Below, one piece after another: positions 8,380-15,814 of a DNA stretch of 19,713 nucleotides. The stretch lies in assembly GCA_027452085.1 (NCBI GenBank), contig DAIDHG010000016.1, forward strand, positions 1 through 19,713. Reading direction: 5' to 3'. How positions within the stretch are numbered: the first letter of the stretch is position 1; the number at the start of each line of letters is the position of its first letter. The notes under the pieces are model-generated. The model was not told the DNA's origin, searched no databases, and saw nothing but the letters and a program-made list of their open reading frames with translations. This stretch comes from a bacterium. GTDB taxonomy: Bacteria; Babelota; Babeliae; Babelales; JABCYS01. A program made the translations under genes and the position numbers.

Positions 8380-8408
8380 TTGACAAATAACGGTAGAACC
8401 TATAGTTT
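8380..8408 (+). promoter_or_regulatory. Sigma70-type promoter for the tRNA pair
   Basis: Perfect TTGACA at 8380-8385, 17-nt spacer, TAGTTT at 8403-8408 (alternatively TATAGT at 8401 with a 15-nt spacer), 35 nt before tRNA-Lys. Confidence 0.65.
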
Positions 8409-8442
8409 TTACCGCACTTTTCATTAAAATTTAATGAAATAG

Positions 8443-8515
8443 GAGCCGCTAGCTCAGGTGGTAGAGCAACAGCCTTTTAAGCTGTGGGTCGATGGTTCGA
8501 GTCCATCGCGGCTCA
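8443..8515 (+). tRNA. tRNA-Lys(TTT), CCA not encoded
   Basis: Acceptor GAGCCGC/GCGGCTC, D-arm GCTC/GAGC, anticodon stem ACAGC/GCTGT with loop CTTTTAA (TTT at 8476-8478), T-arm GATGG-TTCGAGT-CCATC. Confidence 0.96.
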
Positions 8516-8526
8516 TTTAAATTTTT

Positions 8527-8602
8527 GTCCCTATCGTCTAGTGGTCTAGGACACCACCCTTTCACGGTGGGAACCCGAGTTCGAATCTCGGTAGGGACGC
8601 CA
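8527..8602 (+). tRNA. tRNA-Glu(TTC), CCA encoded
   Basis: Acceptor GTCCCTA/TAGGGAC, anticodon stem CCACC/GGTGG with loop CTTTCAC (TTC at 8561-8563), T-arm CCGAG-TTCGAAT-CTCGG, ends GCCA. Confidence 0.97.
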
Positions 8603-8642
8603 AAATTCGCTTAAGTTTTCATGAACCAGCGTCAAAGAAATT

Positions 8643-8673
8643 AAAAAGCACCCTCAGTAAAGGTGCTTTTTTT
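8643..8673. terminator. Probable bidirectional intrinsic terminator between the tRNA pair and mgtE
   Basis: AAAAAGCACC-ctcagtaaa-GGTGCTTTTTTT: stem with a T7 tail on + and a T5 tail on -, between convergent transcription units. Confidence 0.85.
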
Positions 8674-8736
8674 ATGCCTAAAAATCTTAGTCCGGCTGAC
8701 CATCTCAGCAAAGAATTCCGGTGATACCTTACTCAT

Positions 8737-10107
8737 TTATCCCAAGAGCATGCGGCTTATATAGCAATAGATAAGCAAACCAAGGATATCCATAACCGTG
8801 GCAAGGCCAGGTCCGGCAGAAAATGCCGGGTCGAGGTTGAGGCGTTTTAATAAAAATGGAAAATAGGCGCCCAGCAGCACGGAAACCAATACAATAGCAG
8901 ATAATGAGCAACTCACCGCAAAAGCAGCAACCATTCGCTCTGTGCCATGCATAATAATGATACGACCGAATGAGATAACCCCCAGAATAAGAGCAATCAG
9001 AAATCCAATGAGGAATTCACGCTTAATAAATTTGTACATATTACCACTATGAATTTCGCCTGAGGAGGTGCCCTGAATAGCAATAGCCGACGTTTGGCTG
9101 CTGGCGTTACCCCCGGCAGAGGTAAGCATAGGCAGGAAGAAGAAGAGGAAACCGGCTAATAATTTTTCGTACGACTCAATAATAAAGCTTGAAAAGGTTT
9201 GTGCGATCAAAAGCGCAATAAGCACCAGACTGCGCTCCCAAAATAACCGTGAGAAGCTTGTATCAAAGTATGGCTGTTTGATCGGCGTCATGGTCGCCAT
9301 TTTGTAGACGTCTTCGCTTGCCTCATGCTCTAATACGTCCACCAACTTATCCGATGATATCATGCCCAGGAACATATTATTGTCATCGACGACCGGCACC
9401 GAATCTAAACCATAGTGCATCATGTCTCGAGCAACTTTTTCTTGGTCCTCTTTTACAAAGGCTGCAAACTCATTTTGTTGCATAAAGTTTGAAATGCGAG
9501 TCTGCGGAGCTTTAAGCACCAAATCTTCAAGATTAATAAAACCCACCAACCGATTGGCCTGATCAGTTACAAAAATACGACGATGCAACTCTGCCTGTGG
9601 CTGAAGCCGTTGCAGCACGCGAATACTTTTTTCTACCGTATAATCTTCCATCAAAGACAGCACATCAGTTTCCATGATCCCGCCGGCAGATTCAGGATCA
9701 AACTCCATCAAAGAGAGGATGGCATCTCGATCTGTTTTATGAAGCAGCCGCAGATATTTTTTGAGCTCCTCGTCGGCTAAGATATCGAAAAGGTCGGTCA
9801 GCTCATCAAGGGGGGTGCCATTTAAGATTAAGGTGCGGTGATGGTCATCCAAAAATGATAGGCAGTATACCTTTAAAGAATCAGGAAGATCCTGAAAAAC
9901 ATCGAGCTGTAATGGGGCCGGGAAGGTAAGAAACAGGGCCCGCAGCTGCTCAAGCTCCAACCCCTCTAAGAGGGTGGCAATATCGGCCGAGTGAAGCGAG
10001 GTCACCGATTCCCATAAGTGAAGCCCTATATCAGGCTCTTTTTTTATGATGGCCGTAAAATTCTCTTTGATATCTTCCAGCAGATGCTCTGGTATAGTCG
10101 TTGGCAT
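8737..10107 (-). CDS. mgtE: Magnesium transporter MgtE
   Basis: MgtE_N (LHSADIATLLE), PESAGGIM + two CBS domains, TM motifs AGGNASSQ and LDPAFSAGP...MD. Start set at ATG 10107 (GGAG 7 nt upstream) rather than TTG 10140. Confidence 0.95.
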   Translation of the reverse strand: MPTTIPEHLLEDIKENFTAIIKKEPDIGLHLWESVTSLHSADIATLLEGLELEQLRALFLTFPAPLQLDVFQDLPDSLKVYCLSFLDDHHRTLILNGTPLDELTDLFDILADEELKKYLRLLHKTDRDAILSLMEFDPESAGGIMETDVLSLMEDYTVEKSIRVLQRLQPQAELHRRIFVTDQANRLVGFINLEDLVLKAPQTRISNFMQQNEFAAFVKEDQEKVARDMMHYGLDSVPVVDDNNMFLGMISSDKLVDVLEHEASEDVYKMATMTPIKQPYFDTSFSRLFWERSLVLIALLIAQTFSSFIIESYEKLLAGFLFFFLPMLTSAGGNASSQTSAIAIQGTSSGEIHSGNMYKFIKREFLIGFLIALILGVISFGRIIIMHGTERMVAAFAVSCSLSAIVLVSVLLGAYFPFLLKRLNLDPAFSAGPGLATVMDILGLLIYCYISRMLLG

Positions 10108-10257
10108 ATTTGGCTCCCAAGTCTGTGGAATGTAACTCAATGGCGTTCAGCTGTCCAGCCATTTGCTACCCCTATAATTTTGCCTATATTTATAAAAAAT
10201 GGGTACCGCAGCTCAAATACGTGAACGCGGATTTAGGATAAAAATTGGAGCGTTATT

Positions 10258-11205
10258 ATGCTTTTCATTCATACGTTTACTGTTGATGCAAGCGAAGCTA
10301 ACGCGCGCATAGATCTTTTTTTAGTAAAAAAATTCCCAGCTTATTCACGCACATACTTTCAAAAGTTGGTTTTTGAAGGTCACGTCAAGGCTAATGGCAT
10401 TACCATACAAAAGCCAAGCTTTGTGTTAAAAGGGGCCGAAGAGCTTTCCCTTCATATCCCGCCGCCGCCACAACTGGGGGTGCCCAAAGAGTTTGAGGGT
10501 GATCTTGGTGTGCGCATCGTATTTGAGCACCCACAATTTTTCATCATTTATAAACCAGCCGGCTTGATGGTGCATGCGCCCTTGCCAGAAGCAAATGCGA
10601 TCACATTAGTTGATTGGTTGCTTAAAAAATTTCAAGAACTGGCAGCTGTTGGGATGCCAGATCGTCCCGGCATTGTACATCGGCTTGATAAAGACACCTC
10701 GGGTCTCATGGTTATCCCGCGCAACAATTTCGCGCACACCAGGTTTGGCGAGTTATTTAAATCTCGTTACATGCAAAAGACCTATGTGGCAGTTGTTAAA
10801 GGACAGCCAAAGGATGAAGGCATTATCTCATACCCCATTGCTCGGCACCCAACCATGAAGAACCGCATGACTCATATCGACGCAGCCATGGCAGCCAAAT
10901 GGCGAATCACTGGGCGCGCTTCTACCACCTATTATCGGGTTATGGAACGATTTAATGATGCCGCCTTGGTTGAGGTAAAACCAGTCACCGGTAGAACGCA
11001 CCAAATTCGCGTTCATTTTGCAGCTATTGGCCATCCATTGCTTGGCGATACGGTATATGGCGTCACGAGCAAATTAATATCGCGACAAGCACTTCATGCT
11101 GCTTCATTAGCTTTTGCCTTTGAAAACGAAGCATTTTCAGTGCATGAACCGATACCGGCTGATATGCAAGCTTTGGTAGAAACATTGAGAAACCGAAGTA
11201 ATTAA
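10258..11205 (+). CDS. rluD: RluA-family 23S rRNA pseudouridine synthase (RluD-like)
   Basis: N-terminal S4 domain (RIDLFL..SRT..QKL), KPAGLMVH, catalytic GIVHRLDKDTSG, TGRTHQIRVH, GHPLLGD, RQALHA; GGAG SD. Confidence 0.88.
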   Translation: MLFIHTFTVDASEANARIDLFLVKKFPAYSRTYFQKLVFEGHVKANGITIQKPSFVLKGAEELSLHIPPPPQLGVPKEFEGDLGVRIVFEHPQFFIIYKPAGLMVHAPLPEANAITLVDWLLKKFQELAAVGMPDRPGIVHRLDKDTSGLMVIPRNNFAHTRFGELFKSRYMQKTYVAVVKGQPKDEGIISYPIARHPTMKNRMTHIDAAMAAKWRITGRASTTYYRVMERFNDAALVEVKPVTGRTHQIRVHFAAIGHPLLGDTVYGVTSKLISRQALHAASLAFAFENEAFSVHEPIPADMQALVETLRNRSN

Positions 11206-11774
11206 ATACCAAGCCAATCACAGAGTGTCTTATCGATTCGCATAGCCGACCAGCCAGAGCGCGTTTTTCTTTTGTTGTAGGGCGCGGTAATTTTTTTCAA
11301 CCGTTCAAATTCTTGTTCGTACGCATGGGAAACGGCAACATCTTCAATAATGATAATATTTTCATGATTCGCCTTATTGGCTCGTCGTGTTGGATTAAAG
11401 GATCCGGTGATCAATACGCCTGAACCAAAGATCCAAAATTTATGATGCATGATGCTCGCATTATTACCATTATAGACCGACACGGGGATTGACTCCTGGG
11501 CCATATCTTCCGCCTTACCCGCAATACCAGTAACCGTATCTTGATCTACAATTAATTCGATCTGCACACCGCGATCTTTGGCGGCAATAATTGCCTGAGC
11601 AATAGGTTCGCTGGTAAACCAATACAAAGCTGCTTTGATAGTTCGCTGCTCGCGGTTAATATATTTGATTATTTTAGATTCGATATTATCAGCGGGCGAA
11701 AAGTAAACCTCTATGCCATAGAGACTAATCCACCCAAAAATTGTTACAGCAGCAAACAGATTAAATATCTTCAT
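11202..11774 (-). CDS. Secreted single-domain phospholipase D superfamily protein (Nuc/PLD6-like nuclease)
   Basis: Signal-peptide-like N-terminus, VYFSP, ALYWFT...IAQAIIAAKDRGV, MHHKF....ITGSFN.T..A...NHEN. Its stop shares TTAA with the convergent rluD stop. Confidence 0.85.
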   Translation of the reverse strand: MKIFNLFAAVTIFGWISLYGIEVYFSPADNIESKIIKYINREQRTIKAALYWFTSEPIAQAIIAAKDRGVQIELIVDQDTVTGIAGKAEDMAQESIPVSVYNGNNASIMHHKFWIFGSGVLITGSFNPTRRANKANHENIIIIEDVAVSHAYEQEFERLKKITAPYNKRKTRSGWSAMRIDKTLCDWLGI

Positions 11775-12534
11775 GTATTTCCTCTTTTACTTGTTGAAAT
11801 TCTTGCTGCACTGTATGGCCAACGTGCTGAGCTTGTTCGCCCACGGTATGCGCAATATTTTGTGCGTGATCTTCCGCTGCATGATACAACGATTCTCCGG
11901 CTGATTCGATTTCATTGGCCGCTTGCGAAAGCTCTTTTTTGTAATTGATGTAAATCGAATAGCCCAGACCAATAATGATCGAGCTCAGCGCAACAATTTT
12001 GGGCAAGCTTGCAGCTTCGGCCACATATTCGTCGTTGCGTTTAAAGATAGCATCAACCCGATCATTCATACCAAACAAGGTGGTGGTAGCCTCATCATGC
12101 GCATCTTTTTGCTCTCCCCGAAATTTTGATTCACCCTTATATTTGCTTTCAAAGTAGCCGCGTCGCCGATTTTCAGGATCACGCACACGGGCTGCCACTT
12201 TGACGCGCTTCAAAATCTCAATATCTTCGGCACGCAAAAGATTGCGATATAGCAGCGACTCTTCGTATGCCGCAATAATTTTTTCAATCGTACCAGCAAT
12301 ACAATTGTGGCATGGCAACTCCTTATTACCGGCGTGCGCACTGGCAATAAATTCATCAAGTTCTTGCACGAGCGATTTTGATCGATCATCGGTAATTGAT
12401 TCACATACAGCACGCGCTTTACTCCACGACCAGAGCGGATTTAATCGACAAAAGAAATAATCCTTGTTGGGATCATCAGGGTTTGCGTATATCATTATTG
12501 GTATGAGACAGGCAAACAGCAATTTGCGCATCAT
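11761..12534 (-). CDS. Hypothetical exported/membrane protein with C-terminal 11-mer amphipathic repeats
   Basis: Long ORF, AAGGAG SD before ATG 12534/12531, signal-peptide-like MRKLLFACLIPIMIYA, late TM helix IVALSSIIIGLGYSIYI; overlaps the PLD start by 14 nt. Confidence 0.75.
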   Translation of the reverse strand: MMRKLLFACLIPIMIYANPDDPNKDYFFCRLNPLWSWSKARAVCESITDDRSKSLVQELDEFIASAHAGNKELPCHNCIAGTIEKIIAAYEESLLYRNLLRAEDIEILKRVKVAARVRDPENRRRGYFESKYKGESKFRGEQKDAHDEATTTLFGMNDRVDAIFKRNDEYVAEAASLPKIVALSSIIIGLGYSIYINYKKELSQAANEIESAGESLYHAAEDHAQNIAHTVGEQAQHVGHTVQQEFQQVKEEIHEDI

Positions 12535-12630
12535 TTCTTCTCCTTCAGCTTGCATATCTATTCTTTAATATACTCAGCTCAAAGCTGAATGTTAACTCGA
12601 GTATTTACCTGGCAGCCAATCATTGGCAGG

Positions 12631-15378
12631 CTAGAACTTCCAACGAAATTCCATTTCGCCGCCCAAATCACCACGCTCATCTTTGATACCGCGAATGCTG
12701 ATATCATCAGAGATAGAATACTCAACGTTTATCTTGGTATCTTCAGGCAAACTAAAATTTTTCTCAATCACTGCTTCAAGGTCATCATTGACCTCTATTT
12801 CTATGGCTCCGCGCAAACCGCCACGCCCGCCCTCATCATTAAATCGCGGCACAATTCGCACGTGAGAAAGTGGCTGCAACCATGATTTGAAATAGCCGGC
12901 AAATTTATTCTTGGCTACTTCATTTTTATTCTGACCAAAAACAGCCTGCTGCATGCTCTGCGTAACCAGTGTTGGCATGAGCACATTTAACGAACTATCT
13001 TCAACGCCCGCAAAGAGCAATGCAAGCACCTGCTCCTCAGTTAACGTTGGATCAGATTCAACATGAATGTGCGGGGATTGCGCCGAGCCGTTGACCTGCA
13101 ATGTTACCTGGTATTTTTTAATTTTATTTTTAGCCGTGATTTCTAAAAGCGGGTCTTGGAGTTGGTTTGGCAAGAAATAAAGCTTGCCATGGGTAATATG
13201 CAACGGCTTGTAGGGGAATTTCAAGGCACCAGACACGATCTCGATCGAGCCAGACACGGTGGGCTGCTGCACCTTGCCACCAATAGTAAGATCAGCCTGA
13301 GCCTGTGCATCTACAACTCCGGTTTGGATAGTACAATGATCGCGCGTTTTTAACGCAATATCTACCTGCAGTTCATCAGTTGCGGGTGTGGCCTCAGGTA
13401 CATCCAGGATAGAACTTTGTGAGCCAAACAGATTACTCATATTAATCTGGGTACGATCGATAAAGAGAAGCCCTTTGGCAATTAACGGTACTCTTTGTTT
13501 ATGCTGATCAGTGCTATCACGTTGTTCGAGCGTGAGCATGCCAGACAGAATGCCGAAAATATCATGCCGCCAACTCACAAACACATCTTCAATGATAATT
13601 GGTGCATATATGAATGAAGGAACATAGTGCTCATTTACCCGCACCGAAATTCGTTTGCTCGTAATCGCGCCCCGATTAAAGGTAAGATTGAGATCATTGA
13701 TGGCCACGGCTCGTTGAGCAGTATCAATAACAACGCCCGCGTTAAATGCCGTCACGAAGTTGTAAACCTTTGGCAATTTAATCGCTGCGCCCGCCAACCC
13801 GATTGACCCTTTAATGAGTTGGCTATTACCCGTGCGCTCTAAATCGATGGTAAATATTCCCTGCCCATTTAATTCATCACGAATCGACTGAGGCAAGAAA
13901 GAAAGAATCAATCCATAATCAAAAAAGCCTTTCCATCCCATCATATCAGGCTTAATGTCTATCTTTGCAAGAGAGGTGCCATTCTCACTTTGATATGCCG
14001 CGTGCATAATTTTCTTCTGAACAAGATCGGCAGAAAGCTCAATTTTTTCCTTGCCAAGATGCATCAATCCATTTAGGTGAGAGCCTGAGATAACAACTGA
14101 GCCATCACCCTTCATGGAATTTTTGAGCCGCTCATGTGTTAAGGTGCAAAGACCGGTTAATGTCACGGTGCCCTGCAAATCAACCGCCACCTGCAACTCA
14201 AGATCGTGTGGTTGCAACTGCCAATATCTGCTAAACGGTGTGCTCATTAAGAGATTATTTTTCAATGAAAGGTTACCGCCCGTTTCTTGGTGCCAGAGCC
14301 AGGATCCGGTAAATGAACCTACCGGCATTTGTATATCTATGATGCCGCTCGGTGTTTTTGAACCTTTATCAGAACTGATCACAAATTGTGTGGTTGGAAG
14401 CGCTACGCCTTTAATGCTTGCATTATGCAGTGCACAATCCGCTCGCACTGTATGAAATGGGTCATGCAAAGAGGTGACAATATGCGCTGAACAACGACCA
14501 GTAAGCTGAGAATTTTGACCCACAATTTTTTGCAGTGCATCAAGCGAAGCTGAAAGTGCAACATCGATATTTAAATCACTATCAATGTTGAGTGGATCAA
14601 TAACACATGAACGATCGCTATTGTGCAGCGAGAAGGTCCCGCGACCCTGCTGCCACGTGCCATAGCAAAAAATATCGGTTTTTTCAGGCGCAAGTGCTGG
14701 AGCTAAGCCTTTTAATGATACCTTAACATACGGTAGTGCATCACCATCAGTAAATTCTAAAAGCACGTTGCCCTGCATATCTTTGGCAAAGGTTTTTTGT
14801 TGGTATATGGCCGACGCACCTGTTGGATAGCACGAGACCTTCGTTGTATTCCCTATCCGTTCCATATCAATGTGCACCGGGCAATACACGGCCAATTGTT
14901 CATTTGCTACGCGGAAAAAAGATTTTGCGATATGCAATTTCTTTAGAAAAACGGGGATGCCAACATCCGGCAAGGCAAAAAGACGATATAAGTGGTCAAC
15001 TATTGCCGGTTTCTTACCGATAATCGCTGAATCTGCACGACCATCTTCTATTTCAATCGTCAATGGGAGCGCTCGTGTCAATAAAAGTTTCAACCATGAT
15101 GAGCTCACCTGGCCGTGCCGTGCTGTCCAACGCCACTGGGTGTCGCCATTGAGTGGAGTCACCACAACTGACTCAAGCGTAATTGAAGGCCGCAATAAGT
15201 TGATACTGACTACTTTGCATGAGATATCAGCAGCATAATTAGCAACAAAGAGATTTTTGATATACCCTTCCACTGTCTGTTTAAATCGTTCATCTCGCTG
15301 CAAAAAAAGCAGCGCAATAGATCCGCCTAAAGACAAGGCAAAGAGCAAACGCAGAAGAAAACCGAGCCATTTGTTCAT
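12631..15378 (-). CDS. tamB: Translocation and assembly module TamB (DUF490)/AsmA-like bridge protein
   Basis: N-terminal membrane anchor, long beta-rich body, DUF490-like C-terminus (DLTIGG....PTVSGSIEIVSG..F...DPLLEI.A...YQV.L.V.GS..SP....ESDP.L.EEQVLALL) ending EFRWKF. Start set at ATG 15378, which overlaps the prepilin TGA (ATGA). Confidence 0.82.
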   Translation of the reverse strand: MNKWLGFLLRLLFALSLGGSIALLFLQRDERFKQTVEGYIKNLFVANYAADISCKVVSINLLRPSITLESVVVTPLNGDTQWRWTARHGQVSSSWLKLLLTRALPLTIEIEDGRADSAIIGKKPAIVDHLYRLFALPDVGIPVFLKKLHIAKSFFRVANEQLAVYCPVHIDMERIGNTTKVSCYPTGASAIYQQKTFAKDMQGNVLLEFTDGDALPYVKVSLKGLAPALAPEKTDIFCYGTWQQGRGTFSLHNSDRSCVIDPLNIDSDLNIDVALSASLDALQKIVGQNSQLTGRCSAHIVTSLHDPFHTVRADCALHNASIKGVALPTTQFVISSDKGSKTPSGIIDIQMPVGSFTGSWLWHQETGGNLSLKNNLLMSTPFSRYWQLQPHDLELQVAVDLQGTVTLTGLCTLTHERLKNSMKGDGSVVISGSHLNGLMHLGKEKIELSADLVQKKIMHAAYQSENGTSLAKIDIKPDMMGWKGFFDYGLILSFLPQSIRDELNGQGIFTIDLERTGNSQLIKGSIGLAGAAIKLPKVYNFVTAFNAGVVIDTAQRAVAINDLNLTFNRGAITSKRISVRVNEHYVPSFIYAPIIIEDVFVSWRHDIFGILSGMLTLEQRDSTDQHKQRVPLIAKGLLFIDRTQINMSNLFGSQSSILDVPEATPATDELQVDIALKTRDHCTIQTGVVDAQAQADLTIGGKVQQPTVSGSIEIVSGALKFPYKPLHITHGKLYFLPNQLQDPLLEITAKNKIKKYQVTLQVNGSAQSPHIHVESDPTLTEEQVLALLFAGVEDSSLNVLMPTLVTQSMQQAVFGQNKNEVAKNKFAGYFKSWLQPLSHVRIVPRFNDEGGRGGLRGAIEIEVNDDLEAVIEKNFSLPEDTKINVEYSISDDISIRGIKDERGDLGGEMEFRWKF

Positions 15379-15776
15379 GACTGTTTTTGTATCACTCGAG
15401 GAGCAGCACCACCAACTGGTATAGTCACCGCATAGGTCCAACATCTATCATCAGTAAGATACACTGATCCAGCGCAAAGAACACCCGTAGCTGCCGCGGT
15501 AATTTTTGAGGCAGCAAAGGTAGTTGAAGCAACTGTTATTGATCGCGGCAATTGATAGGAGCTGAGATCAATTGATTGCGGCATACCGGTAACCAACGCT
15601 TTTTGCTGAACAAACGAGATATCAGCAACCAGTTTTTCGGCAGCGGAACGCACGCTCAATCGGTCTAAATATGATAAGTTACCAACCGAAAGCGTGGTGA
15701 AAAAAACTAAGATCGTTAGCACATAGGTAAGTTCGATAAGAGAATGGCCGCTTCCGTGCATATTAACTAGTCGCAT
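15375..15776 (-). CDS. Prepilin-type protein (GspH/FimT/ComGD-like minor pilin)
   Basis: Class III signal G|HSLIEL followed by a hydrophobic helix, then ..AAEKLVADI...QQKA typical of minor pseudopilins; lies directly downstream of the PilB/GspE ATPase. Confidence 0.75.
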   Translation of the reverse strand: MRLVNMHGSGHSLIELTYVLTILVFFTTLSVGNLSYLDRLSVRSAAEKLVADISFVQQKALVTGMPQSIDLSSYQLPRSITVASTTFAASKITAAATGVLCAGSVYLTDDRCWTYAVTIPVGGAAPRVIQKQS

Positions 15777-15814
15777 TGGCTTCCATAAAAGGTTTACTCA
15801 CCTAGCGCGCACGG

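Noticed and set aside
8603..8736. Possible tRNA-anchored genomic island
   Set aside because: No integrase, no duplicated tRNA 3' end seen, and core genes lie on both sides.
10108..10257. M-box (ykoK) riboswitch upstream of mgtE
   Set aside because: The 150-nt gap must hold two divergent promoters and no M-box consensus was recognised. An Rfam/Infernal scan would settle it.
10868..10910. Short extra peptide (IDAAMAAKWRIT) in RluD with GCCAT/ATGGC arms
   Set aside because: Only a 5-bp stem in a loop that varies among RluA-family enzymes; insufficient to add to the palindromic-insertion set.
2050..12619. 10-mer TGGCAGCCAA occurring three times (about 2050 on -, 10889, 12610)
   Set aside because: A few triple 10-mers are expected by chance in 20 kb, and the flanks do not align.
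15379..15444. ORF-track N-terminal extension of tamB (MLDLCGDYTSWWCC...)
   Set aside because: It overlaps the prepilin gene by 70 nt; ATG 15378 gives a clean ATGA coupling and a proper signal anchor.
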